Assembly: GCA_963761015.1 (NCBI GenBank)
Contig: CAVXFL010000004.1
Coordinates: 31,657 to 95,656, forward strand
Direction of reading: 5' to 3'
DNA length: 64,000 nucleotides
Source of the DNA: an uncultured Alphaproteobacteria bacterium
GTDB lineage: Bacteria > Pseudomonadota > Alphaproteobacteria > Acetobacterales > Acetobacteraceae
Part shown: in pieces, positions 38,733 to 48,651 of the stretch
Layout: each line of letters starts with the position of its first letter
How positions within the stretch are numbered: position 1 is the first letter of the stretch
Program-made: the position numbers and the translations under genes
The notes under the pieces: model-generated
The model's input: only the letters and a program-made list of their open reading frames with translations
The model's database searches: none
Told to the model about the DNA's origin: nothing

Positions 38733-38941
38733 GCAGGACCTCTTACCACGATCCCCTGGCCCGGACCTATCCTCGTGCCCCGGAAAGCGGCGCGCTTCCG
38801 TGCAAAACCCGGCGATCGGCATGGAACTCCGCGCGCGTATACATTACATTTTGGTGGCGCCGCCGCCGCAAGCCGGGACGGCGCCGGAGCGGCCCGCCGC
38901 TCACCTGTTGGCGACTGGAACCCTGTTCAGAAGGAGCCACC

Positions 38942-39121
38942 ATGAATTTGGATTCCCGAATCGAGAGCCTGAAGGAGCGTCACGCCTCGCTCGAAATGCG
39001 TATTGCCGACGAGGATTCCCGTCCCCGCCCGGACAGCGACGCGCTGATGCGCCTGAAGCTCGAAAAATTGCGGGTGAAGGAGGAAATGGAGCGGTTGCGA
39101 ACCAGTCCGGTGAGCGGCTGA
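38942..39121 (+). CDS. DUF465 (YdcH-like) small protein, second copy (59 aa, below ORF-track cutoff)
   Basis: AGGAG lies 7 nt upstream of the ATG. Translation is MNLDSRIESLKERHASLEMRIADEDSRPRPDSDALMRLKLEKLRVKEEMERLRTSPVSG. Stop TGA at 39119-39121. Confidence 0.75.
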   Translation: MNLDSRIESLKERHASLEMRIADEDSRPRPDSDALMRLKLEKLRVKEEMERLRTSPVSG

Positions 39122-39223
39122 CCCGCCGCCCACCCCGCCCGGCGGGCACGCGAGGGGCCGGCCCGGCCGATTTCGAGCAGCCTGAGTTGCGTCGGGCCTG
39201 AGTTCGGTCAGCCCTGAGTTCGG

Positions 39224-39802
39224 TCAGGCGGCCTGATCCGCTTCCGATACGGCGGCAGGCATCACCGAGCCGCCCTCGCGCGTTACCCGCTCATTGGCCT
39301 GGGCCACGGCCGCGTTGAGGTCGGTCTGGGTGCACAGCCCGATGGTGACCGGGTCGCGCGACTTGATATTGGCACTGTTCCAGTGCGTCCGGTCGCGGAC
39401 CTTCTGGATGGTTTCCTTGGTCGTGCCCAGGAGCTTGCCGACCTGCGCGTCGCTGAGCTGCGGATGGTTGCGCAGCAGGAACGCGATCGCGTCCGGACGG
39501 TCGTTGCGCTTGGACACCGGCGTATAGCGCGCGCCCTTGGACCGCTTCGGCATCGGGTTGGCCGTCGCCGCCAGATGCAGCGGCCGGTTCGGGTCCTGCT
39601 CGGAAAGCTTGATTTCCTCGGCGGTCAATTGGCCGTTGGCCACGGGATCGTAGCCGACGATGCCCTGCGCCACCTCGCCGTCGGCGATGGCCTGGACCTC
39701 GAGCGGGTGCATGCCGCAAAAATCGGCAATCTGCTTGAACGTCAGGGCGGTTTTTTCAATCAGCCAAACGGCGGTTGCCTTGGGCATGAGGGGCAGTGTC
39801 AT
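39224..39802 (-). CDS. DUF1013-family protein (TrcR-like cell-cycle transcriptional regulator)
   Basis: LMPKATAVWLIEKTALTFKQIADFCGMHPLEVQAIADGEVAQGI...RYTPVSKRNDRPDAIAFLLRNHPQLSDAQ...VRDRTHWNSANIKSRDPVTIGLC closely matches the conserved alphaproteobacterial DUF1013 pattern. Confidence 0.88.
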   Translation of the reverse strand: MTLPLMPKATAVWLIEKTALTFKQIADFCGMHPLEVQAIADGEVAQGIVGYDPVANGQLTAEEIKLSEQDPNRPLHLAATANPMPKRSKGARYTPVSKRNDRPDAIAFLLRNHPQLSDAQVGKLLGTTKETIQKVRDRTHWNSANIKSRDPVTIGLCTQTDLNAAVAQANERVTREGGSVMPAAVSEADQAA

Positions 39803-39989
39803 GACTCGTCACCTTGAACTCGTGATGGCCTGGCTCCCGGCGATTCCACGGCCGGGACAGGCAAATGGGGCGTGAACGGCTTTTCGCGGGAACCATGCGA
39901 TATGGGCTTCGCGGTGCTGTCGGGTCAAGGCCGAACAGGCCACGTTGTCAGCTTGCTGGGCCGCATCGAAAGCAGAACAGGAGATCGCC

Positions 39990-40187
39990 GTGGCAATTGA
40001 CGACGAGGACGAGCTTCCGAAGCTGCCGAAGTCCCGGCTGCAGAAGCCGATCCTGGACTCGCTCGGCGTGGCCGAGCTGACCGCCTACATCGAGGAGCTG
40101 AAGGGCGAGATCGTGCGCGTCGAGGCGGAGATCGCGCGCAAGCAAAGCCACCGGAGCAGCGCCGATGCATTTTTCCGCCGGCCCTGA
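39990..40187 (+). CDS. DUF1192-family small protein
   Basis: GTG 39990 follows AGGAG. AIDDEDELPK...LSVAELTAYIEELKGEIVRVEAEIARKQSHRSSADAFF matches DUF1192. The track ORF starts at an upstream TTG (39945). Confidence 0.78.
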   Translation: MAIDDEDELPKLPKSRLQKPILDSLGVAELTAYIEELKGEIVRVEAEIARKQSHRSSADAFFRRP

Positions 40188-40233
40188 TTGCGGGATTTTC
40201 GGCACAGCCGCCCCGGCTCGGGCGGCAGGCTGA

Positions 40234-41177
40234 ATGCCGCCGCCTCGTGAATCCGCCGGGTCGATTCCCGTCATCATCGACTGCGATCCGGGCATCGACG
40301 ACTCGGTCGCGCTGTTGCTCGCGCTCGCCTCGCCGGAACTGGACATCCGCGCCGTGACGGTTTCCGGCGGCAACGTCCCGCTCGCCCGCACGCTGCGCAA
40401 TGCCCTTGGTACCGTGGCACTCGCGGGCGCCACGGTTCCGGTCCATGCCGGGGCCGAGCAGCCGCTGCTCGGCCGCTTTACCGAGGAGGTGCGCGTTCAC
40501 GGCGCGGACGGGCTTGGCGGCGCGCGACTGCCGGAGGGCGCAAAGCCGGCCCCCGGCCTCGCCTGCGATGCGATCCGGCGGCTGCTGCGCGACACCGAGC
40601 GCCCCATCACCCTGGTCGGGATCGCGCCCGCGACCAACCTGGCGCTGGCGTTGCTGGCGGAGCCGCCGTTGGTCGAGCAAATCGGCGAGATCGTGCTGAT
40701 GGCGGGGGCCTGGGGCGAGGGCAACGGGACCCCGGCGGCCGAGTTCAACGCCTGGAGCGATCCCGAGGCGCTCGCGGTTCTGCTCGCCTGCGGCCGGCCG
40801 GTTCGCCTGGCGACCTTGGAGCTGACCGCGCAGGCGGCGGTGACGCCGGAGCGGTTGGACCGGTTGCGCCGGCAGGGCCACGGCGCGTGCCTGCGAGCGG
40901 CCGCGGCGATGCTCGCCGCGCTGCCGGCGCTGCCGCGCGCGGTCGCGGGCCGCCGCTGCACGACCCCTGTGCCATCGCCTGGCTGCTCCGCCCTGCTTAC
41001 TTCACCACCCGCGACTGCGCGGTCAGCGTGGAGTTGGCCCCCGGACCGGGGCGCGGACGCATCTGGGCCGATCGCTGGGGCCGCACCGGCGCGCCGGCCA
41101 ACGCCACCTTGCTGGAAACCCTGGACGCGGACGGGTTTTTCGACCTGCTCGGCGAACGGCTCGCCAATCTGCCCTGA
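40234..41177 (+). pseudogene. Nucleoside hydrolase (IUNH family), frame interrupted near 40946-40953
   Basis: VIIDCDPGIDDSVALLLA (DxDxxxDD motif), TVSGGNV and AEFNAWSDPEA are in ORF 40234..41490. The conserved C-terminal part (GGPPLHDPCAIAWLL...) is in ORF 40887..41177. A one-base deletion is implied. Confidence 0.88.
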
Positions 41178-41214
41178 GCGGTCGTTGACGAGCGAGGTTG
41201 GTGGACCGCAGCCG

Positions 41215-41440
41215 TCAGCGCTGGGTCGCAGCGATCGGGCAGTCGGTCCGCCCGGCGAGCAGGCAGTCCTCCAGGAGCGACTTGGCCTGCAACTCTTGCA
41301 CCAGGAACAGCCCCAGCACGACCAGGAACAGCGTGAGCGCGAGTCCCGCCAAGACTCGCCGTCTGGCGATTGGCTTCGGCCTGCTCTTCCGGGTCGACCT
41401 CCTCGTCGACACCGTAGGTCAGCTTGCGTATCTCGCCCAT
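41215..41440 (-). CDS. Small single-TM hypothetical protein, N-terminus ambiguous (possible frameshift near 41340-41350)
   Basis: The TM and Cys-containing tail (VLAGLALTLFLVVLGLFLVQELQAKSLLEDCLLAGRTDCP) are in ORF 41215..41412, whose N-terminus uses several AGG/AGA codons. An acidic N-terminus (MGEIRKLTYGVDEEVDPEEQAEANRQTA, ATG 41440) in the neighbouring frame has better codon usage. Confidence 0.45.
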
Positions 41441-41552
41441 GCCGGGACGCCTTCCGCTCGAGCCTGCCGACCCTACGCGCAAAATCATGAATCCGAGCAC
41501 CCATGGCGCAAAGTTAATCGTGGCGATCGGCCGGGACAGCCGGCGCGCGATC

Positions 41553-42314
41553 TCAGGGGGTGAGGAAAGCCCCGAGCGCGGCCACGAACACCTCCGGCTG
41601 GTCGGCGTGCAGCCAGTGCCCGGCGTGTTTCAAGGTGACAAACCGGGCAGCCGGGAACAGCGTCCGGATCGCCGGGCGGTGTTCGGGCTTGACGTAGTCG
41701 GAGCGCTCGCCGCTCAGGAACAAGACCGGCCCTGGGAAACGCGCGCCGGCCGGCGCGTCCCAGCCCTCGATCTCGGCCAGCCCGGCGTTGATCTCGGCGA
41801 GGCCGCTGCGCCAGGAAGGCCGCGCGCCGAGCGCCAGGTTTTGCAGCAGAAATGCGCGCACGGCCGGATCGGGCACGGCCTCCGCCAGCGCCGCGTCCGC
41901 CGCCGCGCGGGTCAGGCCCGGCGTCAGCGCCAGCTCCACCATGGCCCTCGCGTAGGCGCGGAAGCGCGGCTTGTAGGCAACGGGCGCGATGTCGGCGACC
42001 ACGAGGCGGGATACCGAATCGGGCGACTCGAGCGCCAAGCGCATCGCGACCTTGCCGCCCATGGAATGCCCGACCACCGCCGCGGGCAGCGCGTCGCGCG
42101 CCGCGAGCGTCTCCAGCACGTCGGCTGCCTGCGCCGCGTAGCTCATGCCGCGCGCGTGCGGGCTGGCGCCGTGATTGCGCAGATCGAGCGCGAGCACGCG
42201 CCAGCGCTCGGCCAGCCGCCGCTGCACGGCGCCGAAATTGCGCGCCGCCCCGAACAGCCCGTGCAGCAGCACGAGCGGCGGTCCCGATCCTGCCTCGATC
42301 GCGTTCAGCTGCAT
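41553..42314 (-). CDS. Alpha/beta hydrolase (YbfF/esterase-like)
   Basis: PLVLLHGLFG, nucleophile elbow GHSMGGKVA, VLFLSGERSDYV, GHWLHADQP. Confidence 0.85.
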   Translation of the reverse strand: MQLNAIEAGSGPPLVLLHGLFGAARNFGAVQRRLAERWRVLALDLRNHGASPHARGMSYAAQAADVLETLAARDALPAAVVGHSMGGKVAMRLALESPDSVSRLVVADIAPVAYKPRFRAYARAMVELALTPGLTRAAADAALAEAVPDPAVRAFLLQNLALGARPSWRSGLAEINAGLAEIEGWDAPAGARFPGPVLFLSGERSDYVKPEHRPAIRTLFPAARFVTLKHAGHWLHADQPEVFVAALGAFLTP

Positions 42315-42415
42315 GGCGCCTCGACGCGGCCAGGATCGTGGTAGAAGGGGCCGGCGTGCAACCGGGGCGGGGCGAATCGGTTTTCGGCTCGATCCCCAGC
42401 GCGACGGAGCACACG

Positions 42416-42742
42416 GTGTCGTTCCCCAAGGACCATCCGGAGTCCGGACCCGACAAGCACGAGCAGGCGCGCCGCCTGGTCGAGGCGGCGCTGCGCGCGC
42501 AGGCGCGCGGCGACGACGCCGAGGCCGAGCGGCTGTTCGATCAGGCGCAGCGCACCGACCCGGAGGCGGTCGCCAACGTGCTGCAGGAGCGCGACGCCGC
42601 TCTGACCGCCGACCTCGTGGACGCGACGACGAGCGATGAGGAGGTGGCCGCGATCACCGAGACCCTCGACCCCGACGCGGACGCGCCCCCGCGCGCGGGG
42701 ATCAGCGGCGCCGGCAGCGGCGCCGACAGCGAAAGGCGCTAG
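42416..42742 (+). CDS. Acidic hypothetical protein (108 aa)
   Basis: GTG 42416 with GGAG 7 nt upstream. Third-position G/C is very high in this frame. The upstream part of track ORF 41852..42742 is an antisense shadow of the hydrolase gene. No family recognised. Confidence 0.5.
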   Translation: MSFPKDHPESGPDKHEQARRLVEAALRAQARGDDAEAERLFDQAQRTDPEAVANVLQERDAALTADLVDATTSDEEVAAITETLDPDADAPPRAGISGAGSGADSERR

Positions 42743-42846
42743 CCCGGCGGCGGCCGTCCGCATCCAGCGGTTGAGTAATGTAACCGACTGTTAACCCAGA
42801 TCGGACAAGGTGCCGCGGGGTTATCCATGCGAAGATCGCAGCGAAG

Positions 42847-43002
42847 ATGATACATGGACGCTGGTTGGCCGCGCTTGCCGCGGTCCGAGCCGTGGAGCAC
42901 CTCGTGCTCGGCGGCGTGTTCACGGCGATTCTGCTGGAGGAGTTGACCGGCACGGGGCTCAAGATCGACCCCGTCATGCGGGCGATCCTCAGCATCTTCT
43001 AG
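42847..43002 (+). CDS. Candidate small membrane protein (51 aa, below ORF-track cutoff)
   Basis: Translation MIHGRWLAALAAVRAVEHLVLGGVFTAILLEELTGTGLKIDPVMRAILSIF. Third positions are strongly G/C-rich. Weak RBS. Intergenic position between two confidently called genes. Confidence 0.35.
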   Translation: MIHGRWLAALAAVRAVEHLVLGGVFTAILLEELTGTGLKIDPVMRAILSIF

Positions 43003-43061
43003 AGCGGGACGCGCCGGCCCTCGGCAATCCGCCCGCTGTCCGCCGCGTCATGTCACCCGCG

Positions 43062-44063
43062 TCACGTCACCGTCAGCACGATCTTGCCGATATGCGCGCC
43101 GCTTTCCATCAGCCGATGCGCCTCGGCGGCTTGGGCGAGCGGAAACACCGCGTGAATGGCCGGCCCGCAGCGGCCGGCGTCCAGGACGGGCCAGACCCGT
43201 TCGCGCAGCTCCCCGGCGATCGCGCCCTTTTCGTCGGTGCCGCGCGGCCGCATCGTCGAGCCCGTTATGCTCAGACGCTTGGTCATGACCTGGGTGAAAT
43301 CGAAGCTCTCGGCCTTCGGCCCGCCGAGAAACGCGATCAGCACCAGACGTCCGCCGAACGCCAGCGAGCGAACGTTGCGCTGGGCGTATGGCCCGCCCAC
43401 CATGTCCAGAACCACATTCACGCCACGCCCGCCGGTCAGCCGGGCGACTTCCTCGGCGAAATCCTGCTCGCGGTAGTTGATCGCCGCGGTCGCGCCGAGT
43501 TTCAGGCAGGCCGCGCATTTCGCTTCCGTGCCCGCGGTGCAATACATGGTCGCGCCGAACTCGCGCCCGAGCTGGATCGCGGTGACGCCGATGCCGCTCG
43601 AACCACCGTGGATCAGCGCCGCCTCGCCCGCGCGAAGGCGCCCGAGCTGGAACAGGTTGGCCCAGACGGTGAAATAGGTTTCCGGCAGGGCGGCGGCGCG
43701 GACGGCGTCGTAGCCGTTCGGCCAGGGCAGGCATTGCGGCGCCGGCACCGCGCAATATTCCGCGTAGCCGCCGCCGTTCGCGAGCGCGCACACGCGGTCG
43801 CCCACGCTCAGGCCGCGCACCGCCGGGCCGACGTCCACCACCTCGCCGGCCACCTCCAACCCGATGATCGGGCTGGCGTTGCCGGGCGGCGGATACAGCC
43901 CCTTGCGCTGCATCACGTCCGGGCGGTTCACCCCGGCGGCCTGGACCCGGATCAGCACCTCGTCGGGCTTCGGCGCCGGCACCGGGCCGGTGGCCGGTTT
44001 CAGCACTTCCGGGCCGCCGGCGCCCTCGGCGGCGATGTAGGTCATGCGCTCGGGTCGGCTCAT
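43062..44063 (-). CDS. NADPH:quinone oxidoreductase (zinc-independent MDR family)
   Basis: 3' 333 codons of ORF 43062..44579. VLIRVQAAGVNRPD, GLEVAGEV, ALIHGGSSGIGVTAIQL (Rossmann), HIGKIVL. Confidence 0.9.
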   Translation of the reverse strand: MSRPERMTYIAAEGAGGPEVLKPATGPVPAPKPDEVLIRVQAAGVNRPDVMQRKGLYPPPGNASPIIGLEVAGEVVDVGPAVRGLSVGDRVCALANGGGYAEYCAVPAPQCLPWPNGYDAVRAAALPETYFTVWANLFQLGRLRAGEAALIHGGSSGIGVTAIQLGREFGATMYCTAGTEAKCAACLKLGATAAINYREQDFAEEVARLTGGRGVNVVLDMVGGPYAQRNVRSLAFGGRLVLIAFLGGPKAESFDFTQVMTKRLSITGSTMRPRGTDEKGAIAGELRERVWPVLDAGRCGPAIHAVFPLAQAAEAHRLMESGAHIGKIVLTVT

Positions 44064-44273
44064 GGCGGCACTCCGCTGCTGGGTTTGCCCGAGCCTTTGC
44101 CGCGCGGCCCCGTCCGTCAAGCGGCCGGTTCGGCGCGCTGGCGCGCGGGCCGGAAACGCTGCATTTGCTCTGGTCAATCTTACCGCGATCGTGTCAAATT
44201 CCGGCACGCATGGCGGCGGGCCGGGCGCCAGATCACGACCCGGACGGCGTTTGATCCATATCGGAGGCGCGAC

Positions 44274-45772
44274 ATGCTTCGCCCGATCCGTCTTGCCGCC
44301 GCTGCGGCGGCGTGTGCCCTGCTGCCGCTCTCCGCCATGGCCGCGCAACCGACCGAGCAGCAGGCGCAAGTCCTGCAACAGGATCTGCGCGGCTGGATCG
44401 CCGACGTGTTCGGGCCCGAGGTCAAGCTGCCCGAAGGCCTGCTGCGGATCACCCCCGAAGGCGACCATTTCCGGGTCTCGGTCCGGCTCGGCGCCATACC
44501 CGCCCTCTCGATCGTCAAGGGCGGCGAGGTCGCCATCTCCGCCGAACCGCTGCCCGCCGGGCGTTGGCTGCTCTATCACTACCGCTTCGCCTCGCCGCTC
44601 CAGTTCCGCCTTCGCCTCCCTTCAGAAATGACCGGCCACGCCAAAGTGGAAATGCCGGTCGAATTCTCGATCGGGTTCGACAACGCGACGTGGCACGGCA
44701 TCCTCGATCCCTCCTTCACCTCGCCGTCCATCATGACGGCCAAGCTCGAGGGGTACGAGTTCAAGTCCATGGCCGGACCGATGCGCCAAAGCGGACATGT
44801 GGATTCGCTCACCGGGCACGCCTTGCTGGCGCCGAGCGGCAACGGCCGCATCGACGTGACCGACCAGTCGGCGGCCGACGATTTCACCATCACGACGAAG
44901 GGTGCCACGCCGGAGCAATCGGTTGCGGTGTTCATGGGTCATCTGGAGGCGATCGGTAAGCTCGCGGGCGTGGATCCGGCGCGCGTGCGCAGCCTGTTCC
45001 AGGTTTCGACCCAGGCCGCCCAGCGCGCCGAGCAACATCCGCCCAGCCCCAAGGAGGCGATGGCGGAACTGCGCGACGCCTATCTGAAGCTGCGCGGCAT
45101 CGCGACGGGCGGCGAACTGGTCGAGACGCTGACCGATCTGCGCGGCTGCCGCGGCCGGTCACATGGTCGATATCGGCCACGTCACCGTGGGCGGCGGCGT
45201 CGGCACGCCGCACGGGACCCTCGACGCGCACATGATCTTTTCCGTCGACCAGCTCACCGCTCCGGACATCCCGCGCGAGGTCCGGGCCTACGTCCCGAGC
45301 CACGTTCTCATTCGGCCGACGCTCTCCGGCATCCATCTCGCCGACCTCGACGCGCTGGTCATGGCGGCGACCGCGCCGGGCGTGGAGCCGAGCATGCAGC
45401 AGCCGCAGATCGCGCGAAGCGGTGAAGGCGCTGTTCTCGCATGGCGGCATCACCGCCGGGGTGGACGAGCTGGAAATCGACATCGGCTCGACCAAGTTCG
45501 GCGGCGTCGGCAAGGTCGTCGCGCTCTCGCCAAACCACTTCCGGAGCGAGGCGGTCGTGAGCGCCACGAATTTCGACGCCTTGGTCGCGAAAGTGCGATC
45601 CTCGCGCGAATGGGGCAAGGTCGCGCCATTCCTGCAACTCGTGGGCATGCTCGGCCGCCGCGAGGGCCAGCGCATCCTCTGGACCATCAAGGCGGACAAC
45701 GCCCACGTCGCGGTGAACGGCCTCGACATCCAGGGTCTGATCGCGGCGGGCAAGGAACTGCGCCGGCATTAG
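44274..45772 (+). pseudogene. Conserved secreted hypothetical protein (tentatively DUF2125-like), frame interrupted twice
   Basis: GGAGG precedes ATG 44274, and a signal peptide is present (MLRPIRLAAAAAACALLPLSAMA). Coding continuity passes from ORF 42810..45425 to ORF 45163..45837 near 45141-45146. It then passes to ORF 45422..45772 near 45411-45417. Each step implies a one-base insertion. Confidence 0.6.
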
Positions 45773-45833
45773 ACGGCATTCGCGCCGAGCAACCCGAGAT
45801 CACCGCGTCATTCCGCCAACACGAGGGAACGTC

Positions 45834-46784
45834 GTGAAGCATCCATGTGAGAAGCCGAGGATCGCCGCCGGGACGCGCTGGGGCGGCTCGCCGCGGGTCG
45901 GCGCGGTGCTGGCGGTGCTGCTTGCCACGGCGGCGCCCGCTTTCGCGCAGAGCCCCGCCGAGATCGAGTTCTGGAAGTCGGTGCAGAACAGCAAGAACGC
46001 GGCCGAGCTTCAGGCCTATTTGCAGGCCTTCCCGCACGGGAAGTTCGTCCCCCTCGCCCGGCTGCGCATAACCGAATTGACCGGCAAGCCGCCGCCCGGC
46101 CCCGCCCAGCCCTCGCCGGCGCCCAGCGCCATGCAGGAAACGCCGGCCCGGCGGCCCGAATCCACGACGACGCAACGCACACCGAGCCCGCCGTCCCCCG
46201 CTCCCGCGCCGCCCACGACCACCGCCAAGGAAGCGACGCCGCCAGCCTCTCCCACGCTCGCCGCCCATGCCGGCACGAGCCTGAGCGCCGCGATCCGCGC
46301 CGGGGACATGGGCGCGGTGAAGGCCGCGCTGGCCCACGGCGCCGATGTCAACGGCCTGGACGATTCGGGCATGCCGCCGATCGGCCTCGCCGCCCTGCTC
46401 GGCAAGCCGGCCATCATCGCCTACCTCGCCGCCAACGGCGCCGACGTAAACCGCAACGACCGCTACGGGTTCACGCCGCTGATGGACGCCGCCATCCGCG
46501 GCCATCCCGAGGCGGCGCGCATGCTGCTCGCGCTCGGCGCCGACCCGGTGCTGCACGGCGCCAACGGCAACGACCCAGCAGGGGTCGCCAAGCCGTATGG
46601 TCACGCCGACCCGCATTACGCCGGCAAGATCGCCGTCATGAAGGTGCTCGGCGACGCGATGGGGGCGCGAACACGTCTCGGCGTGCCCCCGGACCGCGCC
46701 AGCGCCGAGCCGGAACGGCATTCGTCGTTCCCGGCGATCCCGGGACCGGCAAACACGGCCCGTTCGTCCGCTAGCGCAGGCTAG
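45834..46784 (+). CDS. Secreted ankyrin-repeat protein with Pro/Thr-rich linker
   Basis: Signal peptide (RVGAVLAVLLATAAPAFA). N-terminal FWKSVQNSKNAAELQAYLQAFPHGKF module. P/T/S-rich linker. ANK repeats (GADVNGLDDSGMPPIGLAALLGKPAIIAYLAANGADVN, GFTPLMDAAIRGHPEAARMLLALGADP). Confidence 0.8.
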   Translation: MKHPCEKPRIAAGTRWGGSPRVGAVLAVLLATAAPAFAQSPAEIEFWKSVQNSKNAAELQAYLQAFPHGKFVPLARLRITELTGKPPPGPAQPSPAPSAMQETPARRPESTTTQRTPSPPSPAPAPPTTTAKEATPPASPTLAAHAGTSLSAAIRAGDMGAVKAALAHGADVNGLDDSGMPPIGLAALLGKPAIIAYLAANGADVNRNDRYGFTPLMDAAIRGHPEAARMLLALGADPVLHGANGNDPAGVAKPYGHADPHYAGKIAVMKVLGDAMGARTRLGVPPDRASAEPERHSSFPAIPGPANTARSSASAG

Positions 46785-46829
46785 CGCGCGCTTGCGTCCC
46801 CCGCCATCGCGCCCCATGCTCGGGCGCGC

Positions 46830-48651
46830 ATGAGCGAGCCCGACCCGATCACCGCCGAGCTGTTCCGCAACGGCATCAACGCGCTCGGCGACGAGATGGC
46901 GCTCACCATCTATCGCACCGCTTATTCCGGCGTGCTGAAGAACATCATGGACTACAGCACGGCGATCTGCGACGGCGAGGGCCGATTGGTGGCGCAGGGA
47001 CTCAGCATCGCCGGGCATCTGTGCAGCATTCCGGTGGCGCTGAAGGCGTGCCTGCGCCGTTTCGGTTCCGATATCGCCGAGGGCGATATTTTTGCCCTGA
47101 ACGACCCTTATGAAGGCGGCATGCACCTGCCGGACATCTTCGTGTTCCGGCCGGTGTTCGTGGGCGACCGTCCGCTCGCCTGGGCCTGCACGATCTGCCA
47201 CCACACCGATGTCGGCGGGCGCGTGCCGGGCTCGAACGCGTCGGACAGCACGGAAATCTATGCCGAGGGACTGCGCATTCCGCCGCTGAAACTGTACGAG
47301 CGCGGCCGGCCGAACGCGACGCTGTTTCGCATCATCGAGCGCAACGTGCGCGTGCCCGGGCGCGTGCTCGGCGACATCCGCGCGCAACTCGCCGCCTGCG
47401 AAATCGCCGCGCGCGGGCTGGCGGAGCTGATCGCGCGCCACGGCGCCGAGGAGATGGTTGCGCTCATGGAAGCGACGATGGCGCATAGCGAGCGGCTGAC
47501 GCGCCATTGCCTCGCCGAACTGCCCGACGGCGAGGCGAGCTTTACCGACTGGATCGACGACGACCAGATCGACGCCGGCAAGCCGATCAAGCTGTTCTGC
47601 ACCGTGCGCAAGCAGGGCGAGCGGATGTGGATCGACTGGACCGGCACCGCGCCGCAGGTGAAGGGCGCGATCAACAATACCTGGAGCTACACGGCGGCCG
47701 CGTCCTTCACCGCGGCGAAATCCGTGCTGTCGATCAACATGCCGAACAACGACGGCGTGTTCCGCGCCGATCAAAGTGACCGCGCCGCCGGGCACGATCG
47801 CCAACGCGCTGCCGCCGGCCGCCTGCGCCGCGCGCGGCCTCACCGGCTTCCGCATGGTCGATTGCTGCTTCGGCGCGCTCGCCATGCTGTATCCGGATCG
47901 CGTGATGGCGGCCTCCGAGGGCGGCAACACCGGGGTGACGATCGGCGGCTACGATGCCGAGCGCCGAGCCGTTCATCTACGTCGATTTCCTCTCCGGCGC
48001 CTGGGGCGGCCGGCCCTGGGCCGACGGGCTCGAAGGCAACACCAACATGTTCGCCAATATGGCGAGCTTTTCCGTCGAGGTGATCGAGGCGGAAAATCCG
48101 CTGGAGGTGCTGGACTACGGCATCGTTCCGGACACCGGCGGGCCAGGGAAGTATCGTGGCGGCATGGCGCTCCGCCGCACCTGGCGGATGCTCGCCGATG
48201 AAGGGATATTGCAGGTGCGATCCGACCGCGCGACGCATCGGCCGTACGGATTGCACGGCGGCTGTCCCGGCACGCCGAGCCGCAACGTGCTGAACCCCGG
48301 CCAGCCGGACGAGCAGGCGTTGCATGCGAAGGTCACGATGACCTTGCGGCGCGGCGACGTGTTCCGCACGGAGTTGGCGGGCGCCGGCGGCTGGGGCGAT
48401 CCACTGGCGCGCGATCCTGCTTTGATCGAGCAGGATTTGCGCGAGGGCCTCGTATCGCTGGAGGCCGCCCGGCGCGACTACGGCGTGGTCGCCGACGGCG
48501 ATCCGCCGCGCGTTGATCGGCACGCGAGCGAAATGCTGCGCAATCGTTTGCGCGGGTCGCGCGGCGAGTTGCCGAGGGTGGCCTGGCAGCCGCCGGCGAT
48601 GGCGGCGGAATCAGGCGACCGCTTCTCGCCGGCGCGAAGTCTCGGCTGTGA
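46830..48651 (+). pseudogene. hyuB: Hydantoinase B/oxoprolinase-family protein, frame interrupted at least three times
   Basis: Conserved sequence runs through three ORFs: 46830..48083 (to ...NNDGVFR), then 47776..48201 (PIKVTAPPGTIANALP...GGYDAE), then 47954..49411 (PFIYVDFLSGAWGG...GGWGDP...DYGVV). Shifts occur near 47763-47768 and 47960-47966. The last frame has no stop. The TGA at 48649-48651 that overlaps the hyuA GTG is in another frame. Confidence 0.85.

Noticed and set aside
39803-39989. GANTC (CcrM) sites in the TrcR/DUF1192 divergent promoter and at the start of the second DUF465 gene
   Set aside because: There are only two sites per region. The enrichment over expectation for this base composition is marginal and cannot be tested without genome-wide counts.
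42780-42795. CtrA-like box GTAA-N7-TTAAC upstream of the 51-codon ORF
   Set aside because: It has one mismatch to TTAA-N7-TTAAC. It is a single occurrence with no statistical support available here.
42847-43002. Resemblance of the 51-aa peptide (HGRWLAAL...EELTGTGL) to the chlorophyll-binding motif of high-light-inducible proteins
   Set aside because: The spacing differs, the conserved Glu before the G-R is absent, and the match is short. The evidence is insufficient.
42810-45425. 871-aa plus-strand ORF
   Set aside because: The first ~490 codons are an antisense shadow of the quinone oxidoreductase gene. Only the part from ATG 44274 is coding.
45687-47930. 747-aa ORF on the minus strand
   Set aside because: It is antisense to the ankyrin and hyuB genes. 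The translation is low-complexity and Arg/Gly/Ala-rich. It is a shadow ORF.
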